Positions 1 to 19,225 of a DNA stretch of 64,000 nt are shown here, in pieces. The position numbers and the translations under genes are program-made. The notes beneath the pieces were generated by a model. The model searched no databases. It was not told the DNA's origin and saw only the letters and a program-made list of their open reading frames with translations. Source of the DNA: Amoebidium appalachense (lineage: Eukaryota; Protista; Ichthyosporea); contig CAVNZM010000007.1 in NCBI GenBank assembly GCA_963693365.1, forward strand, positions 5,081,962 to 5,145,961, read 5' to 3'. Every line of letters begins with the position of its first letter. Position 1 is the first letter of the stretch.

Positions 1-1123
1 TAACAGTTGATTTCCGGGTCTGAATATTTAGAGGCCAACGGGATCTCTCCCATTGTGTCCATGGCCGTGTGCCTTGATTGCGCGCACACACTTCACACTG
101 CACACGCGCACCCACACAACCACACAGGAATGTGCAATGCGCGCGCACGCACACACGCACACGCGCACACACCCCTCGCGACAAAGCTGCCCTCCGCAGC
201 TGCAGGAGTCTCGTTCATTTTATTGTCGTTAAAACGTAATAGCTGTTGTTTATTGGTCGAAGATTATAATATCACGATTTGGTCTCGATTACCATGCAGT
301 CATGTGCAGCCAGCCGGCGGCTGGGTCGAAAACTCTGGACGAAACACAAAAGACACACGGGAGAAACGGTGCTGGGGTCGCTAGTCTCTCTGGCAAAATA
401 AGGTAGAGATTGTGCGCATTTTGCCAAGAAGCATAGAAACATTACATATATGATAGTATCAGTGACGTGGGGAAAGACAGAAGACAATGGTCTGGGGGTA
501 GAGGGCGAGAGGGGGGAGGGGAGGGAGGAGGAGGGAGGAGGAGAGAGAAGATTGGCTGAGGGAGGGAGGGGTATAGAGTCACAGTGGCTAAGGAAGGGGA
601 GTGTTGGGGGCCATGGGTGGAATGATGGGTCCCAGCTGTAGAACTTGTTGGTTTTGGGGAATTGAGAAACCGTCATCGCTGCGGTTGTAAGGCGGCCTTC
701 TTTTTTTTTATAAAAAAAAAAAACACCTAATACAGTGCCAGTAAATTGAGTTGGTGTGGTAGAGAATGTGTCGCTTTTCGCACTAAGCATTTCAAAGCAG
801 GACACGTCATTTACACAGTAGAACCACCTCTGCATGGAGGCCTTCGGAATATAAGTTACCGGAGGAAGGATTCTTATCAGTGGATTTGTTACGAGCTCAC
901 AGCACGTCGAGCTATTTTCACTTACGGAGTGTCGGACCGGGCCAACAGCCTATGAAGATCACTCTTACAGAACACGTGTTTTTCTTGTTTACATTTCGCT
1001 CATGTCTGGCTGACATACACATTCAGATTCCCTCTCTTCTTTTCAACTATTTTTGAAGATTAACCATGTAGATCTTGCTTTACTGATACCCCCATTCCCC
1101 TTCTCCTTTTCTCGTAGATCACC

Positions 1124-7212
<6,089 letters not shown>

Positions 7213-7270
7213 AAATGCGGATTGGGATATGTGGAAATTTTGATGATTGGGAAATGTGTGTGGGATAAGG

Positions 7271-7305
<35 letters not shown>

Positions 7306-7817
7306 GAGGATATGTGTGTGTGTTGGGGATGTGTGTGCGAGGACGCGTGGATCGGCTAATAATCGGTATGTTTTTTTGTATGTTTCCACAGTGTGGACAC
7401 CTTGTTAACGGAGTGTATGGTCTTTTTTCAATTCGTAATATTCTAAGTCGGATCACCACTGCGTTATTTTGGTAGTAGGGGAGTGTTTTCGTGATTGTGA
7501 TTGAGTTCCTTAGCGGTTTCGAATCGCTCCAAATCGTAATGGTATTTGTTCTACAGCTGATGTCCTTCTGGTCTGGGGACCGGAAATAAACGCTCGCTGC
7601 TGGTTGGCTGACGCTGTTTTCACTCTCTCTCTTTTTTGTGTGTTTTTTTGAATGCCGTTTGGCAAGTCCGGACCCCCCCCCCCCACCCCCCAGCCCTTCC
7701 TTCTCATGAGGATGAGCTCTGCTTACTATGCATTCTCTGTGTGCTTTGCACTCGTGCATTTTGTTGTCCGTCATAAATTCGAATGTGTACTTCGTTAAGT
7801 TTGTACTCTGAAGCACA

Positions 7818-7907
<90 letters not shown>

Positions 7908-8090
7908 TTGAAAACAACCAAAAAAAAAGAAAAGAAAAGAAAGGGAAAAAAAGAAAAAAGAAAGCCCTTCTCTTGCTCTCCGTCAGTCTTTGCCGGATCA
8001 AAACCTTGCATTCCAATCGCTGGGCCGATATCACTCGTGCTCATGATCAAGCCCCCCCCCGTCTCCCCCCCCTTCTCTCTGTAACACTTC

Positions 8091-8121
<31 letters not shown>

Positions 8122-8224
8122 TAGAGGCCTCCCCCCCCCCCCCCCCCCCCCCCCCCCCCGCATAGACAGTTGTGTACATGCACACGCATACACACTCGAG
8201 CTTCCCCCCCCCTTCCCTCGAGCT

Positions 8225-8434
8225 CCCTCTCCCTCTCTCTCTCTCCCTCCCTCCCTCCCTCCCTCCCTCCCTATCTCCCTCCCTCCCTCCCTCCCTCCCT
8301 CCCTCCCTCCCTCCTTCCCCTTCCCTCCCTCCCTCCCTCCCTCCCTCCCTCTCCCTCCCTCTCCCTCCCTCTCTCCATCTCTCCCTCTCTCCCTCCCTCC
8401 CTCTCTCTCTCTCTCTCTCCCTCCCTCCCTCCCT

Positions 8435-8509
<75 letters not shown>
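8225..8509. repeat. (CCCT)n/(CT)n polypyrimidine microsatellite
   Basis: Read directly from the sequence; it abuts the MITE at 8510. Confidence 0.9.
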
Positions 8510-8511
<2 letters not shown>

Positions 8512-8973
8512 GCCCAACCACATCGGCAGAGTCAACTTGAAAAAGGCAGAATTATTCTGCAAAAGCGGAATTATTCTGCAAAACGCTCCTGAATCATTCT
8601 GCAAAAAGCTGAGTCATTTGATCTGCAAAAAGCAGAATTATTCCGCAAAAGCAGAAGCACTCTGCATTAAGCAGAATTATCCTGCTTTTGGCAGAATTAT
8701 TCAGCAAAAAGATGAATTATTCTGCTTCCAACAGCGGAATAATTCTGCTTTTAGAAGGAAAACTCTGCCTTTAGCAGATTGATTCTGCTTTTAGAACATT
8801 GATTCTGCTTTTAGCAGATTGATTCGATTCTGCTGTTGCAGAATAATTCTGCATTTGCAGAATAGTTCTGCTTCTAGCAGAATAATTCTGCTTTTTTGAA
8901 GCTTATATAATTCTGCAAGCTTTTTGCAAAATTCTTCTGCTCGGAGCAAGTTGACTCAATATTAGTTCGGCCC
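8510..8973. mobile_element. Foldback/MITE-like non-autonomous element, copy 1
   Basis: The left end GGGCCCAACCACATCGGCAGAGTCAACTTG and the right end CAAGTTGACTCAATATTAGTTCGGCCC form an imperfect inverted repeat. The interior consists of many copies of the near-palindromic unit GCAGAAT(T/A)ATTCTGC separated by A/T runs. Confidence 0.7.
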
Positions 8974-9066
8974 TCTTTCTCTCTTGCACACACTGAGACA
9001 CACACAGACATGCATGCGCGCGCACGCATCCACCCACCCACCCACACCCACACCCACACACACACA

Positions 9067-9131
<65 letters not shown>

Positions 9132-9924
9132 ACCGTGACACACACACACACACGCACACACACACGCACGGGCTCTGCTCCTCCCAAATCTGGTATGAAC
9201 CTCCATACGTGCCAATCATGCTGAGATCTCGAGACTGTTACTCAGTGGCTAGTTTCCCAATACTCAGTAGTACCCCTGGGCCACCTTTATAAATCCCCCG
9301 ATAATTATTTGTGCCGCAGGCGTGTGACATGGATCCTACCCCCTCCCCCCCACCTTCCCCCGACCCCACCCCACCCACCCCATCCTCCCACCCCTCGGGG
9401 GCACGTGCGCATAAAGCAACTGTAAATTCAAACGTTCTGAAAGTTGTTAGTTTTAGTAATCATTATGGCCTTGCGGTAGCCCAGCCTTAACTAAGTGAAT
9501 TGCGGCTGTTTAAAAGCTATCATTTTCGGCATCAAGATACGTAACGGAAACCATTGGTGCTTACGAGTAGCTATTATTAGTTATTTTCAAGGCCAGCTGC
9601 AGACACGTGCATGAAGTTCCTACAGCCGCTTGAAGTTGAAATTGAATATATCAAGTGTACATTGGCACGTGGCCTGATGGCGGACCGGCCTCCCCCCCCC
9701 CCTCCCCCCCCCCCCTCCCCCTCCTCGCTTTTCCCTCTTCCAACTCTCAGTAAAAATAATCAACACGAATTTGTCTGTAAGCCTAATTTATGATGCTATC
9801 CATTTTTACGTTGTACTGGTTTGATATGTCGGTCCACACACACACCAAACACACGCGCTAATGCACGTGCGCGTTTGCGCGGAAACACGCACACAAACAC
9901 ACACCGTGCACACACACACACACA

Positions 9925-9978
<54 letters not shown>

Positions 9979-10145
9979 CGCACGCACGTACATACACACA
10001 CATGCACACACGTGCATGCGCGCTCCTGCACACGTGGCAACCCCACACGCACACACGTGTATGCGCACGCACACATACACACGCACTGGGAAACATATAA
10101 CAACTTCAAGCCACTGACGCACGCACATGTGCGCGTGTGCGCACG

Positions 10146-10196
<51 letters not shown>

Positions 10197-11313
10197 TCAG
10201 ACACAGACACACACACACACACACACACAACACACACACACACACACACACACACGTGTGCGTACGCACGCGTATTCATAAATTAACCATAATGACTAAG
10301 CCTTGAAACCCTCGCGCGGGTTACCGCCCTACAGAGACATTGCCATATTCAGGGCCCTGCTGCTGAACTTGAATCATATCAGTGATATCAGTGAGAGGTT
10401 TGGTCGATTATTTAGAACTCTGTCTTGAAGTTCAACAAATTCTCCCTTCCTCTCCCCTGTTAGAGTCACCCGCATATACCCGAACCGGCAACTGCGAGCA
10501 TCCACACTAAAAAGTAAACTTTGAGACTTAATCTATGACGGAGTAGACACTAGACAAGATAACCACTGTATTGCGCCCGTTTGGGTTATCACCTGAGGGG
10601 TGATGATATACTCAACTGGTCCCGTAACTGGCGGTAGTGTACGCACAGTGTCTTTAAAAGTTTACGTAAAACGTGCAACAACTTCACTCCCTTTAAGTAA
10701 ATGCACATTTAAAGAAAACCTGGATGTTACTTTTTCGACCTAAAGAACAACCTACACACTGTAAGGGAAGGTTAGATTTTGGGGTTAAGGGGGCGTTTGT
10801 GCTCTCTCCAATAAAACGAGGGGGTTAAAAGGGGAAACGAGGAAGGATGGATTTAGTGGCTCTTTTAGGGCTGTACACATTTGGAATGTTGTTAATCCGG
10901 ATTTTGGTGGCTACAGTAATAATACAATGTGGTTTTCGGTAGGAGTTCTTTTTTTTGCCCTGTGTATTTTTTTATAGGATGCCGCATATCGTGAAATCAA
11001 TATCAAAAATCCAAAATACGTGGAAAATGTTTACATTGTACTTGGAAAATTATTTCTCGGGAAAGAGATTTTGTGGCGTATCAGATAATCCGAGGTTGTG
11101 GATAACAGACTGAATATCATGACTAACTGCTAATGATCATGCTTCGATTTATGGTCACTTTGAGAAACAAATGGCCCGAGTACATCACACAAATATTGCG
11201 TTAAGTTTGCTATAAAACCAAATACTGGATTCGTGTCACTTTCTCCTTTTTCGATCTATCCCCCCCCCCCCCCCCCCCCCCCCCCTCCCCCCACACGCGC
11301 GCGTGCGCGCGCG

Positions 11314-11403
<90 letters not shown>

Positions 11404-11595
11404 ATGTGACACACACACACGTTCCCTCATACAGACCAGTCTCAGTGGGGATTGGCATGTATTCCCACAGAGGCATATACGAGCAGGACAGTATCACAGT
11501 GAGTAAGAATGTGAATCATCCCGTGCATGCATGTGCGTGTATAACACACGCACACATGTTTGCGTGCGCGTGTGTGCGTAACTGTGTGTGTGTGA

Positions 11596-11960
11596 GGGCC
11601 CAACCACATCGGCTGAGTCAACTTGCTCCCAGCAGAATGATTCTGCTAAAAGCAGAATTATTCTGCAAAAAGCAGAATCAATCTGCTAAAAGCAGAATCA
11701 ATCTGCTAAAGGCAGAATTATTCTGCAAAAGCAGAATCAATCTGCTAAAAACAGAGCGATTCTGCTTTTTGCGGAATATTTCTGCTCTTAGCAGATTGAT
11801 TCTGCTAAAAGCAGAATAATTCTGCTAAAAGCAGAGTGATTCTGCTAAAGGCAGAGTGGTTCTGCTTCTGCAGAATAATTCTGCTTTTTGCAGAATAAGT
11901 CTGCCTTTTGCGGACTAATTCAGCTTTTTTCAAGTTGAATCTGCCGATGTGGTTAGGCCC
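11596..11960. mobile_element. Foldback/MITE-like non-autonomous element, copy 2 (inverted relative to copy 1)
   Basis: TIRs are GGGCCCAACCACATCGGCTGAGTCAACTTG ... CAAGTTGAATCTGCCGATGTGGTTAGGCCC, with the same GCAGAATTATTCTGC internal modules. TGTGTGTG lies on both sides, i.e. it sits in a (TG)n tract. Confidence 0.75.
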
Positions 11961-12035
11961 TTGTGTGTGTGTATGTGCGTGTGTGCGTGCGTGGTGAGTG
12001 CGTACGTGCGTGCGTGCGTGCGTGGGTGCGTGCGC

Positions 12036-12093
<58 letters not shown>

Positions 12094-12189
12094 CGGCGGA
12101 CCGTCGGGCGGGCATGCATGCCGGCGCGTACGCGCGTGCGGGCGGGCGGGCCTGCGCGTGCGTGTGTGCATGGGGGCGCGCGTGTGTGC

Positions 12190-12278
<89 letters not shown>

Positions 12279-12462
12279 GCGCGTGTGTTCGCTTGCGTGC
12301 GTGTGTGTGTGTGTGTGTGTGTGTGCGCGTGCGTGTGTGCTTGCGTGCGTGCATCACGGTGCATGGATGCGTGTTTTATGTGTGTGCGTTTTGCGTGTTG
12401 CGTGTTTGCGTGTATGCGTGTGTGCGTGTGTGCGTGCGCCCGTGTGGGCGGGCCGATGTGTG

Positions 12463-12502
<40 letters not shown>

Positions 12503-13081
12503 TATACGCGCGTGTGTGTGCGCAGACGCAAAACCTTTAAGAACATGCACCGGGCCGCGGCCACATTTACGTAGGGGGGATTGGGGGATTGGGGTTGGTG
12601 GTGGTGGTGGTGGTGGTGGGGGGGGGGGTGTTAGTGGACAACATCTGTAACCCTATGGTGCCGGAACTCTGAAGCCCTCCAATTTCAGATCCCAAAATCA
12701 CCTCGATCCGAGGGGTCGTCGCTCCCCATAGAATTGAGATATTTCGGAAATGGACACGTCAAAATGTCCGTCTTGATGTCCACTTCAAATGCACCCGGAC
12801 ACTTGTCCGGTGCCACCACAGGAACATTTTGAAATTTTGGTTTGAAAATTTTAGATTTTTACTAATTGACCCTAAATTGGCGCTTTTTTGGAAAACAATG
12901 AAGGAGGGGTGCTAAAACAAAAATAAGGTATTCTACGTGCTCAGCGCAGTCGACTTTTCCATAAAACTTTCTTTAGAAATCCAAATTTCGCAAAGATAAT
13001 TGAAGTACTTGTGAAAACATAAAGAACCCCCGGGGGGGGGGGTCAGGTTCCAGACCCGTATATATCCATAGACTATCCATA

Positions 13082-13549
13082 TCTATTATATATAAATGGT
13101 ATATCAAGCTTATCTCTAGGCTGGTTTGATGACGTCATCGGCTGAGGTCGGGGGGTCAGATTGGCGCTTTTTGGGTTCTCTGCGCCATTCGACAGATCTC
13201 GATGAGGCCGTTCGAGCTATCCAAGAATTTTTGAAATCGACCGACCAGAAGTATTTTTTTTTCATTTTTTCCTTTTTTGGAGTGCTACAGACTACCGGCA
13301 CCATAACTGTCTTCAAGTTGCCCACAGTGCCACACACTTTCAGATTCAAGCTTGCAATGGTTCACATGAAACACGATGGTTCTGTTTGCTTTCACAGAAA
13401 GCTTTTGGTAAATAAACCGTCAGCGAAAGGTTGATTCATTTATCCAGAATCCAAAAAGAGGGTTTATTTTTCAGATCTTCTTGTTCTTGTCGGGCACCCA
13501 GAAGTCACAGAGCCTTCCCCCCCACTCCCTCCCCCCTCCCCTCCCCCCT

Positions 13550-13580
<31 letters not shown>

Positions 13581-13712
13581 AGTCATCCCCCCCCCCCCCC
13601 CCCCCTCCACTCCCCCGTCCCCCCGCTTATCCCCACCCCACCCATTTCCCTTGTCGAACCCGCCAGCCTCGGTAGAATCTTAAATTCTGATTTTTGAAAA
13701 TTTATTTGCTAG
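13082..13712 (+). mobile_element. Possible non-autonomous Helitron-like insertion
   Basis: It begins A|TCTATTATATATAAA and ends CTAG|T, matching Helitron 5'-TC / 3'-CTRR termini at an AT site. The subterminal hairpin is weak and there is no second copy in the window. Confidence 0.3.
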
Positions 13713-14091
13713 TTTGCATGAGCGAGTTACTGTCATCATGAACCATCCGTTTACATGTCCGCACATGATAGCCTGAATATGTGGTTACTCGTGGACGGCG
13801 CAATCATAGCAATTGGCCGTGCCTCACGTTCAGTCCATTATAGCATAAATAGTTATAAGTTAATGGTTTTACAATGACATATGCATGGGCTACACACACG
13901 GAGTCCATGAAGAAGGGCAAGGGATATCTGTGTTAAACAGTTTCGTCCATGTACGTCAGTATGGAATATGGTGCCACGGTGCGGCACTCAAAATTCTATG
14001 ACTTGGGGAAAGTTACTTGGTTGAACTTAGAATATCCAAAGAAAGCAAAGTAAAGTAGCTTTTTTTGCTCCCTTACACATGTAAATCGCAT

Positions 14092-15387
14092 CTATGCAAA
14101 CAGTGCCTCTGTGACGTCATTGTAATAGGGGCCGGTGTGGAAGGCCATGGGGATGGCCACCCGTGTTGCCGTGGGGTCGTCCAGGCGCAGCTTTGTGAGG
14201 TCGACCATCTGCAGGTTGCGCACGGCCGGCGTGGAGAAGTACAGCCGCCGGGCGCTGTGGTCGCGCACAACGGTCCAGGCCGTGGTCCAGTCGTCGGCGC
14301 CCTTGGCCAGCGACACGCGCCCAATCATGGCCGTGGCCGCGCTCACGTGGTCCACGGCCGGGTCGCTGCACACGTACGACGGCAGGTGGGGCCCCAGTGC
14401 CCCGGCCCAGGCCCCCCCGCTGCGCACGGCACTCTCCTGCAGCATGGCCATCTGCACCAGCCGGTCCTCGGGCGTGGTGCTGCCGGCACCGTGCATGGCC
14501 GCCTCGAGCGTGGCGTTGGACACCACCGCCACGTCTTCATATTCGGTGCCGTTGAGCCGTGTTCGCAGCTCGGCACGCATGACCTCCCAAGTGGGGTCGT
14601 TGGTCATGGTCATGACGTTGCGGCTGTCGTACATGCACACCCGCGCCCCGGCCTCGTGGGCCCTGCTGTGGATGGAGTCTTTTGAGGCAAAGCACTCAGG
14701 CGCCAGGGTGGCGTTCTGCGTGCCGATGAACTCCACCACCAGCGACTGGCCGGCTGTGTCGTGGAACTGCAGGTGGCCCCCCAGCCGGCCACCGCGTGAG
14801 GCAAAGATGTCCAGCTCGGGCAGGTGGCCCTCGGCTATCTGGTGGGTCTCAAACTGGCGGCGCACACAGGCCACGGAGTCGCACACGGCCAGCATGTACT
14901 TGACCAGGCTGTACGAGCCCAGCACGGGCCGCGGGTCGGACTGCAGCGGCTTTTGGTATGTGGTGGCGTCCAGCAGCAGCATGGCGGCAGACAGCCCGGC
15001 CTCGTTGAGGCCGTCCAGGGAGGTGGTGGGCTTGCGCAAACCGTCCATGTACACGTAGCCGTGCACCGTGGGGACGGCTGGCGTGCTGTTGCACCAGTCG
15101 CAGCCCTTGACCGGCACGAGCTCGGTGGGGGCGCCGCGAGGCACGACGTTGATGTAGCTGTTGAAGTCCGGTGCGCCCCAGTCCATGGTGCGCGCAGACA
15201 CGTGGTAATTCTGTGCCGTGGCGTAGCGCAGCTTGAGCTCGCTGCAGGCTGTGGCACTGCCGATCACCATGGCCAGAAGCAGAGTTCGAAGACACACACG
15301 TGCAGTTTTAGTTTTGAATTCAGAGTGCATGGGGTGCCGTGCATGTGCACTTGTGCACGTGTCCTGCAAAGTCTTGCTGCCTGCCAT
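14092..15387 (-). CDS. Secreted linear amide C-N hydrolase (choloylglycine hydrolase / penicillin V acylase family, Ntn fold), copy A, intronless
   Basis: 431-aa ORF. A hydrophobic leader (…RVCLRTLLLAMVIGSATA) precedes the N-terminal nucleophile Cys (CSELK…VSARTMDW). Family motifs SLDGLNEAGLS, H…D.AG.SLVVEF, MTNDPT, R (PEDRL) and T.WT.VRD…RRLYF are present. Confidence 0.88.
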   Translation of the reverse strand: MAGSKTLQDTCTSAHARHPMHSEFKTKTARVCLRTLLLAMVIGSATACSELKLRYATAQNYHVSARTMDWGAPDFNSYINVVPRGAPTELVPVKGCDWCNSTPAVPTVHGYVYMDGLRKPTTSLDGLNEAGLSAAMLLLDATTYQKPLQSDPRPVLGSYSLVKYMLAVCDSVACVRRQFETHQIAEGHLPELDIFASRGGRLGGHLQFHDTAGQSLVVEFIGTQNATLAPECFASKDSIHSRAHEAGARVCMYDSRNVMTMTNDPTWEVMRAELRTRLNGTEYEDVAVVSNATLEAAMHGAGSTTPEDRLVQMAMLQESAVRSGGAWAGALGPHLPSYVCSDPAVDHVSAATAMIGRVSLAKGADDWTTAWTVVRDHSARRLYFSTPAVRNLQMVDLTKLRLDDPTATRVAIPMAFHTGPYYNDVTEALFA

Positions 15388-16180
15388 GTTCGTCTTTTTG
15401 AATATAAGAACAAAAGATGAAGTAACTGAGCCTTAGGCGAGGGACACTCGTCTGAAAATTTACGACTTTTCACGAACTCCAAATCTGAACACACCTGACA
15501 CGGTAGCAATGAGCCGTGTTGATGTGATATCGATTGTGAACTGCCCCGTCACGCTTTGTGAAATCTTTTTATAGTCCTCGGGTGGCGCAAGCTTTCAAAT
15601 GATTGGCTTCACCCAGGGTTGGAATTCAGTTGAAACGATGCATATGAAATCGTCGGTTTGAATCTCAGACTTTGAGAACGTCGGAAACAGCCTTCTCAAC
15701 CTCCCGCCCATGTCCTCACAACCCCCATTCCCCTACCCTTCTACTCTCCTCACCAACACACACGCATGTGAATAATTGCAGGCGGGCTGCCGGACCCGGT
15801 AACTGGCAGGCGGCAGGTCCGGCACATGAAAACGACTCACGAGGCAGGGTTGGAATCATGTATGACATTTTCATTGGATAAACACCACAGCCAATCCCCG
15901 GGTGTCACGGGTACAGCCCCTACAGTTTTATATGGTGGTAGTCTTACTCCCCTTTCCATTCCCTCTCTCGCCCAATTTACCTCTTTTCTCCATCTCCCCC
16001 TATCTCCTCCTTTCTATCTCTATTTCTTCCTTGCACAAGTGCACACATGCGCACATACTTTCTCTCTCTTTTGATTCTCGGAGAGTAGACACATCCACGT
16101 TGGAATGCATTTGAAATATTTTGCCAAAAAATTTGGTGACATGAAAGCCTGAGGAGGGTAAAGTTTTAAACAGTCAGTGA

Positions 16181-16857
16181 CAGGGTTCGAAGGACGGTGG
16201 AGCCGAAATCCCGTTCCGGAAAACCTCTTCGAAAATCGGAATGCTCCGTCGGAGCAGGCCCACCAAAAATCGTAATCGTTGCGCATCAGTAAACTTGAGT
16301 ACTTGTACTTGAGTTGGTTAACATTGTGAGAATAATCCCAATTAGTAATGCAACAAGTGAACGTGGCTTCTCTGGTGTGAATATCAATAAGACTTCTCTC
16401 AAAGCACGTATGACAACACAGACAGTGCACAATCAGCTCATGATAGCCATGAATGGGCCGGATATAGAGGCAGATGTGAAGCACGTGAAAGCTGAGCTTA
16501 TATTTCAGAAAGAAATGGCTAAGAAATTAGTTAAAGAGGGCAAACTGAAAGGGTTGACTGTAGAGGGGGCTAAGGAGCAGCTGGAAAAGGCCCAGGTGGC
16601 CGAGGCAGCAGCCCAAAAGAAGGCTAGAGTCTGGCAGATTTCCTAGCTTTTGACTGGAACAGGGTGCACAATGTGTATATTGCCAACCCTTTCAAATAAA
16701 TTGGATCTCTGACAACACACCAGCACCTAGTAACCGTCAAGTAGTTTCTTGGGGAGGGGAGGGGGAGGGAGGGAGGGGGGGGGGGGGGGGGGGGGGAGGG
16801 GGGGGGGGGAGTGAGTTGAGGCAGCAACATGGGAAGCTCAGGCAGAAATCGAATGTT

Positions 16858-16902
<45 letters not shown>

Positions 16903-17319
16903 AGAAAATCACGTTGGTTGGTTGTGTTTGTGTCTGTGTGTGTGTGAGTATTTTTCTTTGCCATTGTGTGTGTGTGTGTGTGGTACCGGTGGGTATGTAT
17001 GCACGGTGTGTGTGTCTGTGTGTTTGTGTACAGGTGTGGGTGTGTGTATTTGTGTCAGCGGTAATTGGTGTGTGTGTGTCTATGTTGTGTGCATGTGTGC
17101 ACATGTGCACGTGTGTGTGTGTGTGTGTGTGTGTGTTTGTGTTTGTGTGTGTGCATGACATTGTGTGCATGTGTGTGTGTGTTTTGTGTTAACGGTTATG
17201 GTGTGTGTGTATGTATGTACAGTGTGCAGTGTGGTGTGTATGTATGCAGGGTGTGTGTGTCTGTGTATGTGTGTGTACATGCCAGTGTGGGTGTGTGTGT
17301 TTGTACCAACGGTTTCTTG

Positions 17320-17354
<35 letters not shown>

Positions 17355-17409
17355 GCCACGGGGTGTGTGTGCGTGCGCCGTGTACATGGTGTGACTGTGT
17401 GTGCAATGT

Positions 17410-17454
<45 letters not shown>

Positions 17455-18436
17455 TGTGTGTGTGGGTGGGTGGGTGCATAGCATGTGATTGTAAAGGGTG
17501 GATGCATGCATGTGCACGTTTGTAATACAGTTATCATGATCTGAGATAGTATGTGCCTGTGCACGTGTACTAGCCTAGGTCACATGTGTGGTGTCACGTC
17601 TGTGTATGTATGTGCATGTGTATCTTTGAACGGAACACAGTGGTGCACAGTGTGTGTATTGCCTGCCATTTAAGACGCGTGCCACTGATCGTGATACACG
17701 TGGCACCTGCACCTGGTGGCCGTCGACTCTGAGCATCTAGATCCATTCCATGTTTAGGCCTTCCTGGGGGGAAGTGTTCAGGAAGGGGGGGGGGGGGGGG
17801 GGGGGGGGAGGTACTAGTAGGGGGGGGGGGGGATCCGCCTGAGGGGGGGGGGGGGGGGGGGAGGGGGGGGGGGGGGGTGAGGCCGGAGCGGCGGTGGGGG
17901 AGAAGGAGGGGCAGCACTGGTGGAGGGAACGGTGGGCAGCGGAGGAGGGGGGAATGGGGTTCGATTTCTGGGGGGGGGGAGTTTTGAGGTGGAGGCCGGC
18001 CTATTTACGCAGGCGTATGCATTGTATGTTCATGTGGCCATGCATGCGCATGGCTATGATGCATATGTGGTGTCACGGCTGACGTGTGTGTGAATGTGTG
18101 TGTGTGTGTCTCTGTGTGTGTATGTGTGTGCGCGCGCGCGTGGGTGTGTGCATAAATGTGTTTGGTGTGACAACATGTACATGTGCTAGGCTGGCGCTCT
18201 AGTCAGGGTCTGCCATTGAACATTCTACAGGGACAGGGAGACACGTACGTACGTGTGCAGCTTGTGTGGGTGGTGTATGCCCCGTGTATGATGAGACCTG
18301 CGAAGTCATGAGAAGCTCCCCCCCCCGGGCCGGGGGGGGGGGGGCTTTTGGGCGTTCCGATTCGGCCGGGACGATTTTCGGAACTGTGTTTTCAAATATC
18401 GGAAATTCCGATTCTTTCCCGTTAATTCGAACCCTG
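16181..18436 (+). mobile_element. hAT-superfamily DNA transposon, internally deleted (non-autonomous)
   Basis: 11-bp TIRs CAGGGTTCGAA (16181) and TTCGAACCCTG (ending 18436), with a perfect 8-bp TSD GTCAGTGA at 16173-16180 and 18437-18444. It retains a hAT dimerisation-domain fragment. Confidence 0.92.
16311..16699 (+). pseudogene. hAT transposase C-terminal dimerisation-domain remnant
   Basis: ELVNIVRIIPISNATSERGFSGVNINKTSLKARMTTQTVHNQLMIAMNGPD matches the hAT 'P.S.A..ER.FS….KT..R..L…LM.I..NGP' motif. The catalytic core is absent, and a frameshifted tail LADFLAFDWNRVHNVYIANPFK* follows. Confidence 0.8.
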
Positions 18437-19225
18437 GTCAGTGACTCACTGTTGTACATGCGGGTAGCATCGTCATGCAGTGAGCGAGGCTTCTGTACGT
18501 GGGGAGGGGGGAAAAAAACGTGAAGCTATGGCTACCTAAGCGTATCACATTATGCATACTGTATGGTCATGAATTAGGATTTGAAACTGTTTATCAAAAG
18601 TTTCCAATTATTTCGTGTATATGTACACGATTCACCGTGCATATGTATATTGCAGTGAGAAGTGCGTTACTCAGTGTGATCAATTAGAAGCGAGAGTTTT
18701 TCAAAGATAAAGCATATATATATGTTTAACATATATACATATATTTATATAAATGTTTTGGTTGATTGTTTCTTTTACTTATTAATTTATTTTCTTGCTT
18801 CAAGACTCGTCCTGCAATGCTTCTTTCTGCCAGAACCGAGCCGCCGTACACGTCGCCCGCCGATCGGGCCCAACGCTTGAAACAGAGAGCGAGGTTTGAT
18901 TGGCCAGGTTTTGAAACTAAAAATTTAGAGCAACCCCACTTTGTAACCAATCTAAATTTAGGATCTTGAAAGAATGTACGGGCTTTAACCCGCCCAGGGT
19001 ATATAAACAAGTCGTAACCGGCCACAAACGCATCCAATTCAAGTGGCCTCCCAATCCACATAATCATTTGAAAAACATCTCATTGCTCTCATTGACCACT
19101 TGCGTATTCTCAACAACGGCAATCGCAGGCCAACACCTAAGCGCTATTATATTAAGTGGCAACTTACTTTACAAACAAGTATCCTCCATAGTGTCATAGC
19201 CCAAGTGCTGCATTAAACCACAAAC

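Noticed and set aside
8510-8973. CRISPR-like appearance of the repeated palindromic GCAGAATTATTCTGC units (also the 74-bp array at 5225)
   Set aside because: There are no unique spacers of regular length and no cas genes, and the context is eukaryotic. A MITE and a minisatellite explain them better.
10784-11204. TTAA-flanked segment with faint inverted ends (Kolobok/piggyBac-like MITE?)
   Set aside because: Only about 6 bp (TTTGTG/CACAAA) of the putative TIRs match.
12651-13075. Segment bounded by CTATGG…CCATAG with GGAAC/GTTCC, possibly a transposon remnant
   Set aside because: The inverted match is short and gapped, with no TSD and no second copy.
14135-15058. 307-aa antisense ORF (mirrored at 19528-20451) and other overlapping ORFs in the hydrolase genes
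   Set aside because: Expected shadow ORFs of a GC-rich coding sequence, with no recognisable motifs.
15614-15856. Two CAGGGTTGGAA motifs resembling the hAT TIR
   Set aside because: No matching inverted partner or TSD was found nearby.
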